Assembly: GCA_963754925.1 (NCBI GenBank)
Contig: CAVWHX010000011.1
Location: forward strand, 1 to 64,000
Direction: 5' to 3'
Length of the DNA stretch: 64,000 nucleotides
Source of the DNA: an uncultured delta proteobacterium
GTDB lineage: Bacteria > Myxococcota > B64-G9
Of the stretch, positions 8,848 to 18,621 are shown piece after piece. Positions within the stretch are counted from its first letter, which is position 1. Each line of letters starts with the position of its first letter. A model generated the notes under the pieces. It was not told where the DNA came from. It was given only the letters and a program-made list of their open reading frames with translations, and did not search any database. A program made the translations under genes and the position numbers.

Positions 8848-9096
8848 TCAATCATTCTTTTTATTCTCCCACCGTGCCTCTGCCGCCTTCTTTGCCCTGG
8901 CTTTGCGTTGTTTAGCTGTCATGTGAGCGGCGGCGGCTTTACCGCCTTTGGGTCCACCTAGTTTACCGAGAGCTACGGCAGCAGGATTTTTATTTGAGGG
9001 AGGTTCTTCTTGGGCAGGAGTCTCGTTTGTCGCAGCTTCAACTACAGCGTGTGCGATTTGGCTAAAATCAAGATGTTTTCCCTTAATTCGTTTCAT
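8848..9096 (-). CDS. Small basic protein typical of IS1-like element ends (KNPAAVALG..GG motif)
   Basis: KNPAAVALGKLGGPKGGKA...AKKAAEARW; lies just inside one TIR; start placed at ATG 9096. Confidence 0.75.
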   Translation of the reverse strand: MKRIKGKHLDFSQIAHAVVEAATNETPAQEEPPSNKNPAAVALGKLGGPKGGKAAAAHMTAKQRKARAKKAAEARWENKKND

Positions 9097-9314
9097 GCTA
9101 TATAAAATAACATAAGCGATTAAACGCGACAAGAGCAAAAAAATTCAAACTGACCCACTACCAAATGTTCGACGATATTCCGGCCCTGTGCATTCAAAAC
9201 GGAAGGCAACGCCAATCATAGACGATTAGTGATAACTATCAGAATTATAAAAATAATAAAGCCCGTTAGCCTTCGAAAAACACCGGTGATAACGTAGACA
9301 GAAAATCTGGAGAA

Positions 9315-9692
9315 CTATAGCTTAAGCAGTTCTCGTACGCAGTTGATAACCTGGGGGGCTTGAATTGGTTTGGTTATGTAGGCATTAGCGCCCAAGTGAA
9401 TCGCTCGTTGTCGATCCTCGGCGGCGCCTTCAGTCGTAATGACCACGATGGGTATCTCTTTATGGATTTCGTCCCGCCGAACCAGCGAGACAAGTTTCAA
9501 ACCATCCATAACCGGCATATTGATATCGGTGATGAGAATATTAAACTTTGATACCGAGAGCTTTTTCATGCCTTCCACGCCGTCATCTGCCTCGACAACT
9601 TCAAGCCCCTTTATTCGGCGTAGAGCAAAGCAAATAAGTTGCCGCATCGTCGGCGAATCTTCTACGACCAGGGCACGTAACGGTTCAGACAT
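9315..9692 (-). CDS. cheY: CheY-like single-domain response regulator
   Basis: VVEDS, ITDINMPVMDG, ITTE, YITKP. Confidence 0.9.
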   Translation of the reverse strand: MSEPLRALVVEDSPTMRQLICFALRRIKGLEVVEADDGVEGMKKLSVSKFNILITDINMPVMDGLKLVSLVRRDEIHKEIPIVVITTEGAAEDRQRAIHLGANAYITKPIQAPQVINCVRELLKL

Positions 9693-9708
9693 GGCGTCTT
9701 CCTCGATA

Positions 9709-10546
9709 TCAGCTATTGAGCAATTGGATGTAACTCGATGACTCTTCCAGGCTCTGATGAGCGACAGCGTGTAGTCTTGCTGAGTATAACGCCATCGCCG
9801 CATGGCCGCCCAATAATTTAAAGAGTTCTCGATCTAATTCGGTAATGCTCGACTTTTGCGCCAAAAAGCTATAAATCACGAACATGCCGACCAATCCGTT
9901 TTCAACCTGGAGCGGAATGCAAGCCTTGGGGTTTTTAATTGAAGCGTCGGCCATCTGATTGCTTGAAAGAGCCAGTGAACCCTCTTGGGCTGACCGTCCG
10001 GCTACCCCTTTGCCTATTATTATCAGAGGTAGACTTTGGATATCCCGCCCCTCGCTCATAACCGGCAATAATCGTGCGTCTTTTTTGAGATACAAGGCGA
10101 AGTCCCGCGTTCCAACCAGGTTGATGAGTATCTCGAAGGAAATTCTTACCACCTCTTTAATATCGTGAGTTGAATGTAACTGAAACGATGCTATATACAG
10201 ATTGGCCAGCCGATTGTTTTCTTCCTCGATTTCGTTGTACCGCTCTTTGTAGTCTTTATTTTCGCTTTCAACTTCTTCGAATCGATTGAGAAGACTGCTC
10301 TTTTCTTCCTCCATGGAGTTGATTTTTAACCAGAAGTTCATCAAACGAATGCGATGCCATCACCTGTCTGGCCAGCGCCTGGTTTTCACTCTCCATTTGT
10401 ACCAATCGAAAGCGCAGGCGTTCATTTTCTTCTATCAGTTCTTCGGTGAACTGGGCCCCCCGCTTTAATACGTTCAAGAGCTCTAACGCCTTAGTCTTGG
10501 TCTCGGTCTGATGATCGGATAAGGCCGCGTTTCTCTTGCCAGCCAT
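9709..10546 (-). pseudogene. Coiled-coil + GAF domain protein split by a 1-bp insertion (possible sequencing error)
   Basis: ORFs 10268..10546 and 9709..10344 join in frame (ELLVKINSMEEE) if one A of the A5 run at 10323-10327 is removed. Confidence 0.7.
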
Positions 10547-10677
10547 ATTGTTTTATCCCCCATCCGGCGCAACCGCCATACCCGCCCGCCGCATCAGAAG
10601 TAATATCGTGAAACCCACCCGCAACCTTGTTTCTATATATACCATACCATCCACCGCATATCAACTTGACGGCCAGG

Positions 10678-11790
10678 TTATTCTTTTACTGCCTCAGCCG
10701 CCAATCTGCCGGCAAAGCGCTCCACCTCGCCAGGTATCTCATCGAGCCTCAAGACGCGATCTACTTGTCCCGTGGCGATTGCCTCTTTCGGCATGCCAAA
10801 TACCACCGCAGTTTGATCAGACTCAGCTATCGTTGAACCACCAGCGTTTTTAACCGCGACTATTCCGTCAGTTCCATCCGACCCCATACCGGTCAACTGA
10901 ATCGCCAACACCTTATTTCCGGCAGCAACGGCTACCGATTTGTAGAGATCGCTTATCGACGGAATATATTTTGCGTCTTTTTCAGGGTCGTCGATCAAAG
11001 TATACAGTTTCCCCGATATATTCACGAGCTTGAGATTTTGCCCGCCCGGTGAAATGAAAACTTTCCCTGCTTCCAGCACTTCTCCACCACGGGCCTCCTG
11101 GATTTCCAGCGGCGATAGCCGATTCAGCCGTTCGGCAAACGCCTTAGTAAAATTGGACGGCATGTGCTGTGACACCAGGTAGCACACGGGCAACTCCGGC
11201 GGAAGCCGCTGAAAAATGGACTGGAGCGCGGGCGGGCCGCCGGTCGAGGCGCCGATGGCGACCACCCCGAGGATGCCGCTCTTGGCGGTCGTCTTCTCGA
11301 CAGGAGAAGGTGTTAACTCAATAAACAAGGAACGCTCGCTCGACAGGGGACCTATCACCCGTTGCAATGTATCGACCCGTAGGTTACGAACCATGAGCAA
11401 CTTTTCGATCAATTCGTCGCGAATCTCTAACAGCTCTTCACCGTCAATGTTTGAGGGCTTAGCGATAAAGTCCAAGGCCCCAAGTTCGAGGGCTTTGAAC
11501 ACATTTTGCTTGCGGCTATATGAACTGATCACAATCACCGGTGTCGGTTGGCGGCTCATCAAAATGCGCAAAAAGGTAAATCCGTCCATCTTCGGCATTT
11601 CGAGGTCCAAGGTGATCGCCTGCGGCTTGAGCAATAACACTTGTTGCAGACCAAGTTTGCCATCGCTCGCCGTGCCTACCACCTCAATCTCCGAGCTTTG
11701 TGAGAGCAGTTCAGACAGGGCTTTGCGGTTGTACGCCGAGTCATCGATCACCAACACCCTGATACGGTCTGTGGAAGACCGTTCCATCAT
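10678..11790 (-). CDS. cheB: Chemotaxis response regulator/methylesterase CheB
   Basis: REC domain plus GASTGGP, QHMP, LTGMGSDG, VFGMP. Confidence 0.95.
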   Translation of the reverse strand: MMERSSTDRIRVLVIDDSAYNRKALSELLSQSSEIEVVGTASDGKLGLQQVLLLKPQAITLDLEMPKMDGFTFLRILMSRQPTPVIVISSYSRKQNVFKALELGALDFIAKPSNIDGEELLEIRDELIEKLLMVRNLRVDTLQRVIGPLSSERSLFIELTPSPVEKTTAKSGILGVVAIGASTGGPPALQSIFQRLPPELPVCYLVSQHMPSNFTKAFAERLNRLSPLEIQEARGGEVLEAGKVFISPGGQNLKLVNISGKLYTLIDDPEKDAKYIPSISDLYKSVAVAAGNKVLAIQLTGMGSDGTDGIVAVKNAGGSTIAESDQTAVVFGMPKEAIATGQVDRVLRLDEIPGEVERFAGRLAAEAVKE

Positions 11791-12701
11791 GGGCGTCCCT
11801 CCTCTTCTCGGAGCTTCGGTCTGCGATAGACGATATCGTTCTTTAGGTACATCAGCTCGAAATCGCTGCTCAAGTTCACCAATGACTCCGAATGCCCCAG
11901 CAACAGATAACCACCTGGTTGCAACTTCTCATAGAAGGTGCCCAATACCTTGATGCGTGCCGGTTTATCGAAGTAAATCAATACATTGCGACAAAATATA
12001 ACATCCATTTTGCCAATGAGCTGCAGCATCTCTTTATCAAGCAAATTCAAATGACCGAACGATACCATCGAACGGATCTTTTCATCGATTTGGAATCGAT
12101 CGCCGGCCGAATGGAAATACTTTTTGACATAATATTGATCGGTTGTGCGAAAGGATGCGCGACCGTAAACTCCCTTGCGAGCAACCGAGAGCACGCGGCG
12201 AGAAATATCGTTGGCGAAGATCTCTACGTTCCAACCCGCAAGCGCCGGCGTCTCCTTGATCAGGATACCGATGGTGTAGGCTTCTTCCCCGGTCGAGCAT
12301 CCGGCAGACCAAATCCGCAGGCGCCGGTGTCTGCCAAGGTCCTTGACCAACTCTGGCACCAGCTCGTCCGCGAACGCTTTAAGTTGATAGTCCTCCCGAA
12401 AGAAGTAGGTTTCGTTGGTCGTCAGAAGTTCGATAATGTCCTCAAGCTCTTGCCGGCGGTTTTGGCTGTAGCGGAGGAGATGATAGTAATCAAGGAAATT
12501 TAAAACCTTGAGATCCTGCAGCCTGCTATTGAGCCGGCGTTCGAGCAGATAGCGAACCTCATCATGAAAGAAGATACCGCAATGCTCGTATACCAAATCG
12601 CGCAGCAGGCGAAACTCTTCGAGACTCATCACTACTTTTTCTGCGCCAAATACCACCAAAACTCCTTCAACGCAGCCCCGGACTGCCTGCGTCGCAATCA
12701 T
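11787..12701 (-). CDS. cheR: Chemotaxis methyltransferase CheR
   Basis: TTNETYFFRE, WSAGCSTGEEAY, IFCRNVLIYF. Confidence 0.95.
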   Translation of the reverse strand: MIATQAVRGCVEGVLVVFGAEKVVMSLEEFRLLRDLVYEHCGIFFHDEVRYLLERRLNSRLQDLKVLNFLDYYHLLRYSQNRRQELEDIIELLTTNETYFFREDYQLKAFADELVPELVKDLGRHRRLRIWSAGCSTGEEAYTIGILIKETPALAGWNVEIFANDISRRVLSVARKGVYGRASFRTTDQYYVKKYFHSAGDRFQIDEKIRSMVSFGHLNLLDKEMLQLIGKMDVIFCRNVLIYFDKPARIKVLGTFYEKLQPGGYLLLGHSESLVNLSSDFELMYLKNDIVYRRPKLREEEGRP

Positions 12702-12725
12702 CTCGTGAATTTTGATAACAAAGCA

Positions 12726-14750
12726 TCAGCCGGCGTTACTATTCCCGTCACTCGACGTCAGAACTTGCCGCATGGCCACCATGACTAACTCATCGTCCTC
12801 CTTCGGCATTCTCTTTTCGAGGGCGGCTATCGCCTGCGGGTCTTTCCACTTTCCAATTTGCTTCACCGCAGCCATCCGAACATCCCAGCGGGAATGATGC
12901 AGAGCGCTCTCGATGACCTCGATGCAGGCCGCGCTTGGCAGAGCCCGACCGGCCAGCACTTCCTTGATCACCTCGGGATCGGCATGCTGACCAGCACGCC
13001 GAAGCCAACTTTCGTCGTCGCCCCAACCAATCACGTTGAGGGTGCGCACCGCCTCCAACGCCAACGCTCCGCTGGAATGGACGATCAGCGGAAGGATCGC
13101 CGCTCGCGCCTTCTGCGCCGCATCCTGCCGTAAGCTAATCAGGGTCGTCCGGACTACTTCGTTGTCGGTATCGGTCAGCGCTACCTGTAGCGCAGCGACA
13201 GCTTCGGGACTGTTACGCTTTCCGAGTGCTTGGGCCGCGGCCGATCGCACCAACGGGTACTCATCGGTCAGCGCCATCCGCAGCCGCTCGATGTCACCCG
13301 GGCATTCTATTGATCCCAAAGCCAACACCGCTGCCGCTCGCAGCTGCGGATCCTCATCGCTGAACATCGGCAGCAATGAATCCATGTCGGCTGGCCGTGC
13401 CACCCCTGCTAAGACCTCGGCGGCGGCGCGGCGTTGCTCGGCAACGCTGCTCGTCAATACCGCCCGTATCCCAACCACCACCTGATCATGAAACTCATCC
13501 CCGAGTTTGATCAACGAACTGGCAATTCCGCTGAGGCGGGCCCCCGTCTCGGCCTGGAGCAAATCACAGAGTGTCGGGATCACCGACGGATCGCGAATAG
13601 TGGCCAGGGCGCGTCGGGCCGCCTCGGCAACTTCCTCCTCTTCGGCCCCGCATAGCACGACAATGGCTTCGAGGCTTTCGCGCGCGCGAAAGTGGCCCAG
13701 TACCTCAAGCACCAGTACCAATTCCAACCGACCCAAGTTGGGCAACGATGCGCACAGAATTTCAATCACCGGTTCCCCAATAGTCAACAATGCCTCATAA
13801 ATGCGGTCATGGAGCCGCTCATCGGCAACCGCACGGAGCAGATCGGGTACGGCCTCCTGACGACCAGTCCATCCCAAGAGCACAACCCCGGCCTCGCGTT
13901 CCTCGGTGTCGGAGCTTTCTATTAACTCGCAGAGGCGATGAAAGAGATCATCCGATGCCATGGTGCGTATCTCGGCGCGGATTTCAGCTTTCCGTTGGGT
14001 ATCAACCCGTCCATAGTGACGAACCACCGCTCGAGCTGCCGCCGCACGTTCGCTCCGCCCACGCGCCATCAGCGCTGGCAAGAGAATTGGCATCACCTGG
14101 TTGTCAGTGAGGGCTCCCATCAAACGAAACACCTGCGGTCGAATCGAACTAATATGGAGCAACCGGCGCAGGATCTCGAGCGGCACCTCGACCGAAAGCC
14201 GCTCCAATGCATCCAAGCACGACAGTTGCACCAGCAGCTGATCCGTCTGCAGGAGGGCTACCAACCGGTTACTCACGCGCGGATCCCCGATATGTCCAAG
14301 CGCCTCGGCCGAGGCGGCGCGAACATTGTCATCTACGTCACTCAGCCCTTCGAGCAACACCGGGACGGATTGAGAATCGCCGATCGCTCCGAGAATATCG
14401 GCCGAAAACTTCCGCTCGTCATGATTACCTTTTTTGAGCAGCTCAATGAGTTGCGGCACAGCCGGTGGGCCTAGCTCCACTAAGACTTCGGTGGCTGAGT
14501 TGCGCAGTCCGGCGTTTTCATCATCCCCCAACGCCTTGATCAAGACCGCAATGACAGAAGCCCGCGGCGAGCGTATCACCAGATCGGCCACACACTTGCG
14601 CACGCGCCATGACGCATCGCCGAGGGCTTGGAGCAATAGGTCTTTTGGAACTTCGCTAAAAACCTCGGGCAGCGTCTGGACAGCGTGGTGTCGCTGTTCT
14701 TCATGGGGACTGCATAATTGCTCGCGGATCTCCCGTTCAGTTACTTTCAT
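12726..14750 (-). CDS. HEAT-repeat (PBS lyase-like) protein of the che operon
   Basis: Repeated VR.AAA.ALG motifs; start placed at ATG 14750. Confidence 0.88.
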   Translation of the reverse strand: MKVTEREIREQLCSPHEEQRHHAVQTLPEVFSEVPKDLLLQALGDASWRVRKCVADLVIRSPRASVIAVLIKALGDDENAGLRNSATEVLVELGPPAVPQLIELLKKGNHDERKFSADILGAIGDSQSVPVLLEGLSDVDDNVRAASAEALGHIGDPRVSNRLVALLQTDQLLVQLSCLDALERLSVEVPLEILRRLLHISSIRPQVFRLMGALTDNQVMPILLPALMARGRSERAAAARAVVRHYGRVDTQRKAEIRAEIRTMASDDLFHRLCELIESSDTEEREAGVVLLGWTGRQEAVPDLLRAVADERLHDRIYEALLTIGEPVIEILCASLPNLGRLELVLVLEVLGHFRARESLEAIVVLCGAEEEEVAEAARRALATIRDPSVIPTLCDLLQAETGARLSGIASSLIKLGDEFHDQVVVGIRAVLTSSVAEQRRAAAEVLAGVARPADMDSLLPMFSDEDPQLRAAAVLALGSIECPGDIERLRMALTDEYPLVRSAAAQALGKRNSPEAVAALQVALTDTDNEVVRTTLISLRQDAAQKARAAILPLIVHSSGALALEAVRTLNVIGWGDDESWLRRAGQHADPEVIKEVLAGRALPSAACIEVIESALHHSRWDVRMAAVKQIGKWKDPQAIAALEKRMPKEDDELVMVAMRQVLTSSDGNSNAG

Positions 14751-17367
14751 CCGGGACTCCTCTACCATCGACGGGCACGCTGATGCGCTCGGCCATAGAC
14801 TTAGCCAACAGACCAATCTGTTCAGAGAGCTGGGTAAGTTCCGACACTTGGGTCCGGTCCTGTTGCAAGGTATCGCGAACCGTTTCTGCCGCTTTCGCGA
14901 TGTGATTTACCCCCTGCGACTGTTCCGTAAGCGCACGGCTGATTGCGCCGATCATCTCCGAGACGCGTTCAAAATTGTGCGTCACACCCGTGGCAGCCTG
15001 AGACTGCTCATTGGTGCTCCGTAATACGAAGTGGGCCTCCTCACGCATCTTCTCGCCCACCCGCCCAATGCGGGTCCCCGCTCGCGCTTGCTCACCCACC
15101 GCGCGCTTGATCGATTGCGCCATTTCGAACACATCCGCCATCAACTTAGTCATGCGGCGCGAGATGCTGGAGTGCTCGGCCGTGCTCTTGGAAATCTCGT
15201 TCGCCTTTTGGCTCGCTTGCTTAACCGAGGCGAGAATTTGCTGTAAGGATTGACCAGCGTTATTAGCTAACTCCACGCCCCGACGTACGCTACCGGCGCC
15301 TCGCTCCATAGCTTCCACCGCCCGCCGCGACTCCGCTTGCACTGCTTTGATAAGTCCGGCAATTTCCTTGGTCGAGGTTGAAGTCCGATCGGCGAGATCT
15401 TTAATCTCTTCGGCTACCACCGCAAAGCCTTTGCCGTACTCGCCGGCCGAGGCCGCGATGATGGCGGCGTTGAGCGCCAGGAGGTTGGTCTGCGCGGCGA
15501 CATCACCAATGACGGTTAAAATCTTGCCAACCGCCCCCACTTGATTACCCAGTCGGTTGATGACATCGCGTGCTTCATCGCTCACGCTTCGAATCTCATT
15601 GATCCCCGCAATCGTCTGTTCGACCGATTCGGCCCCGCGTTTAGCGATTTCGGACACTTCCTGCGACAGGCGGTGGGTTTCGGCGGTGCTCTCTTCAACA
15701 TGCTTGTTGGAGGTGTCCATGCTTGAAATTGCACCTGCCGATTCCTCGGTCAGTTCGGTTAGTTGATCGACATTACTCGCCACCTCACCCATGCTGACGC
15801 TAATCTCCGAAATAGCCGAGACCGTATCATCAACTTGGGTCTGCAGATTCTCAGCAGCCGCGGCCACTTCGTGCACGCTTTGATCGATCTCAAGCATGCT
15901 CGACGAACACTCCGACGCCATATCGCGCAAGGAGTCAACCTGCTCTGAGATGCTTTGGATCGACGCGCGCATCTCAATCGTCCCCGACGCAGTTTGCTCG
16001 GCCATCTCGGTGCTCTTATCGCTGCCCTCGGTCAACAGGGCCACCTGCTGGACAACGTTCGATTGGGTTTGGAGAAGCTCGCTGCCTATCTGCTCTTCGT
16101 GCTGGTGCTGTTTGCGCATAACCTCGGCAAGATCCTCTATCGCATGCGCCAAGATCGCGATCTCTCCGTTACCCGAGACATCAAGACTGACGTTGAAATC
16201 ACCCGACTTAAGCCGCTGGACCTGATTCGTGAGTGAGCGCACATACGACAACGATGAAGAAACCATGGTCCAGCCTAACACCATGCACAGAATCAAGAGT
16301 ACGCATTCCCCGATTCCCACTACCCACAGTTTAATACCCAACCCTTCATAGATGCCGTCCAGTGGGTTAAACCACATCAGCAGACGATCTTTTCCAACGA
16401 GTCGAGTCATGTAGAGGAATGGCGAGCGCACGCTTGGCCAACGAACGATCGTATCCCCGGCGTTCTCTTTGCCCTCTTTGAACTCGACAATGCGCTTCAC
16501 CCAGGGCGCCGTTAACTCCGTCACACTGGCGTCGCTTCCGGACAACAACGCCCCGGTGGTGGCATTGAGAATCATGAGATCCTTGCGCAATTCCGGCGGA
16601 TCGATTTTTCGAATCAGCTGACTTGGCGCTAGTGAGGGGTCGGCCTTGAGTGCTTTTAGCAAGCTCTCGACCGCTTGATTGAACTGACCCTCTTTGCTAG
16701 CGAGAACAACGAGTCCCCGTTGGATGCGCAGTTCATTGAACCAGAATAGCGAGCTGAGTCCGATGCCCAGCACGCCGGCAAACAGAAATGCCCGTACCAT
16801 TCGATAATTGAATTGACTCAATTGATAGTTGCGGCTTTTGAGGGTGGGGCACAGGGCTTCAATCTGGTTCCGCAACCCCCGTAAGCTATAGGAATTAACC
16901 TGTTCTGAAAGCAAGGCGTCGATCATTCCCGCCGCCACACCGTGGCACAGTAAGATGAATAACTGCCAGCTGGTGATCTGACGCAACGAGAATAAAATCA
17001 TCCCCAAACAAAACGCCCCGCCAATCCACCACATGACCGAGTACAGCTGTTCGCGAAATTCAAAACGTTCCAGCGTGATGAGCGCTTCCATGCCCTCCGT
17101 TTGCGCGAGCGGACCTTTCTCCCTCGTGCGGTCCATCAGCGAGCGTACAGGCTTTAACACCCTATCCACCAACATCAAGTGTACAAACGTCATCGGCAAT
17201 GCTATGAGAGCGACAACGACCATTAACCAGACGATCAGGTCGTTTAACTCTCCGACCACCGCCAAACTGGCAGCGACAAAAGCAAACGTTAAGCCGGTTA
17301 CCCCCAGATGGCCGCGCCTGAGATTTCGATTGGCGATCGTTAGTGTTTCGTTCACCGGACACCTCAT
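14737..17367 (-). CDS. Methyl-accepting chemotaxis protein (multi-TM, HAMP)
   Basis: [34 protein letters not shown] hairpin. Confidence 0.92.
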   Translation of the reverse strand: MRCPVNETLTIANRNLRRGHLGVTGLTFAFVAASLAVVGELNDLIVWLMVVVALIALPMTFVHLMLVDRVLKPVRSLMDRTREKGPLAQTEGMEALITLERFEFREQLYSVMWWIGGAFCLGMILFSLRQITSWQLFILLCHGVAAGMIDALLSEQVNSYSLRGLRNQIEALCPTLKSRNYQLSQFNYRMVRAFLFAGVLGIGLSSLFWFNELRIQRGLVVLASKEGQFNQAVESLLKALKADPSLAPSQLIRKIDPPELRKDLMILNATTGALLSGSDASVTELTAPWVKRIVEFKEGKENAGDTIVRWPSVRSPFLYMTRLVGKDRLLMWFNPLDGIYEGLGIKLWVVGIGECVLLILCMVLGWTMVSSSLSYVRSLTNQVQRLKSGDFNVSLDVSGNGEIAILAHAIEDLAEVMRKQHQHEEQIGSELLQTQSNVVQQVALLTEGSDKSTEMAEQTASGTIEMRASIQSISEQVDSLRDMASECSSSMLEIDQSVHEVAAAAENLQTQVDDTVSAISEISVSMGEVASNVDQLTELTEESAGAISSMDTSNKHVEESTAETHRLSQEVSEIAKRGAESVEQTIAGINEIRSVSDEARDVINRLGNQVGAVGKILTVIGDVAAQTNLLALNAAIIAASAGEYGKGFAVVAEEIKDLADRTSTSTKEIAGLIKAVQAESRRAVEAMERGAGSVRRGVELANNAGQSLQQILASVKQASQKANEISKSTAEHSSISRRMTKLMADVFEMAQSIKRAVGEQARAGTRIGRVGEKMREEAHFVLRSTNEQSQAATGVTHNFERVSEMIGAISRALTEQSQGVNHIAKAAETVRDTLQQDRTQVSELTQLSEQIGLLAKSMAERISVPVDGRGVPDESN

Positions 17368-17383
17368 GCTTAAACGGTTACCT

Positions 17384-17857
17384 TCAGCCCAACTCGTTCA
17401 CCACCGGACTCAGCACCTTCTTGAGATCAAGCAACATCAATAATCGATCCTGGTACTGACATACCCCTAAGAACATCCCCGCTTCATGCTGGGAAAAGAG
17501 TTGCGGCGCCGGTTTGACAAGACTTCGCGGCAAACGCAACACCTCCAGCACTTCATCGACAATAATTCCGACATTCTTACTGAAAACGGACACGATGATA
17601 TATTTTGGTCGCTGTGCGCTATCGCGCGGAGGGAGCTGAAAACGTTTGCGGAGATCGACCAAGGGGATAATCACCCCGCGCAAATTGATGACCCCTTCGA
17701 TCAAATCGCTCGCGCCAGGCACCGGTGTGATTTTAACGGGATTGATTATCTCTTTGATCCGCATGATGTCGATCACATACTCTTCGGTGCCCACCCGAAA
17801 GGCTGCTAGCTGCGATATTCTATCGTCTCGTATCGGTTTGTTGGTAGCGCCGCTCAC
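17384..17857 (-). CDS. cheW: Chemotaxis adaptor CheW
   Basis: [16 protein letters not shown]. Confidence 0.93.
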   Translation of the reverse strand: MSGATNKPIRDDRISQLAAFRVGTEEYVIDIMRIKEIINPVKITPVPGASDLIEGVINLRGVIIPLVDLRKRFQLPPRDSAQRPKYIIVSVFSKNVGIIVDEVLEVLRLPRSLVKPAPQLFSQHEAGMFLGVCQYQDRLLMLLDLKKVLSPVVNELG

Positions 17858-18621
17858 GTCGTTGTCCTCCCCGAACGCTTGCGCAAGTAGCGCTCCACCT
17901 GGGTTACCGACGCCAGATTCAAAAGCGTGTACATTTCCCCTTCACTGCGGCCGACGCCGAGGATATTCTCTCCTTCTGCCCGACCAAAAAGGCCCGGGGC
18001 GTCCTCGATTTGATTTTCGCTGAGGCGGACAACATTTTGCACCTCGTCTACTAACAGCCCAATCAAGTCATCGGGTTGCTGCACGATCAGCACCCGGCTT
18101 TTACGAGTGGTCGGCGCACCTTCAAGCCCGAGGCGCAACCGCAGATCGATTAAGGGCACCACCATGCCGCGGAGGGAAAGAATGCCGAGAATCACCGACT
18201 CGGTTCGCGGCACTGCGGTAATTAACGGAAGCTTGATGATCTCCTTGATATACAAGATGCTGATCGCGTAGCTCTCATTGGCTAACCGAAACGATAGATA
18301 TTCTTGCAACTGCTGCTGACGGCGAGCGGCTTCACCCTCCTGACCATGCGTCATCAAACGCAAACCGTCATCAATGCCGAGCTCCTCGGGCGAAGCAAAG
18401 AAATCATTCAAGACCTGATCGAAATCAACAGGCGCTATTTTATCGTCTTTCTGCCCCGTCGACTCTTCGAGACCCACCGGATCCGCCTTCTCAGAAGAAA
18501 CGGGCGCTCCTCCTGAAGGCGAACCCGACTTTTGCCCTTTGGATTTACCCGTGTTACCGACCACGCGCCACGTTCTCCGTAATCTCCCGCCGTTGTTACT
18601 CGCGGGATAACGTCTCTTCAA
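17854..18621 (-). CDS. cheW: Chemotaxis adaptor CheW with N-terminal extension (true start probably downstream)
   Basis: GILSLRGMVVPLIDLR. Confidence 0.9.
   Translation of the reverse strand: MKRRYPASNNGGRLRRTWRVVGNTGKSKGQKSGSPSGGAPVSSEKADPVGLEESTGQKDDKIAPVDFDQVLNDFFASPEELGIDDGLRLMTHGQEGEAARRQQQLQEYLSFRLANESYAISILYIKEIIKLPLITAVPRTESVILGILSLRGMVVPLIDLRLRLGLEGAPTTRKSRVLIVQQPDDLIGLLVDEVQNVVRLSENQIEDAPGLFGRAEGENILGVGRSEGEMYTLLNLASVTQVERYLRKRSGRTTT

Larger units (their letters stand above)
6246..9162 (-). mobile_element. IS1-family transposon with passenger genes (2917 bp)
   Basis: Perfect 19-bp TIR GGTAGTGGGTCAGTTTGAA (6246-6264 / 9144-9162); 8-bp TSD AAATGTTC (6238-6245, 9163-9170); AT-rich interior; IS1-type transposase. 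Confidence 0.93.

Noticed and set aside
8744..8926. 60-aa plus-strand ORF in the IS1 element
   Set aside because: Antisense to the conserved small basic protein; no RBS
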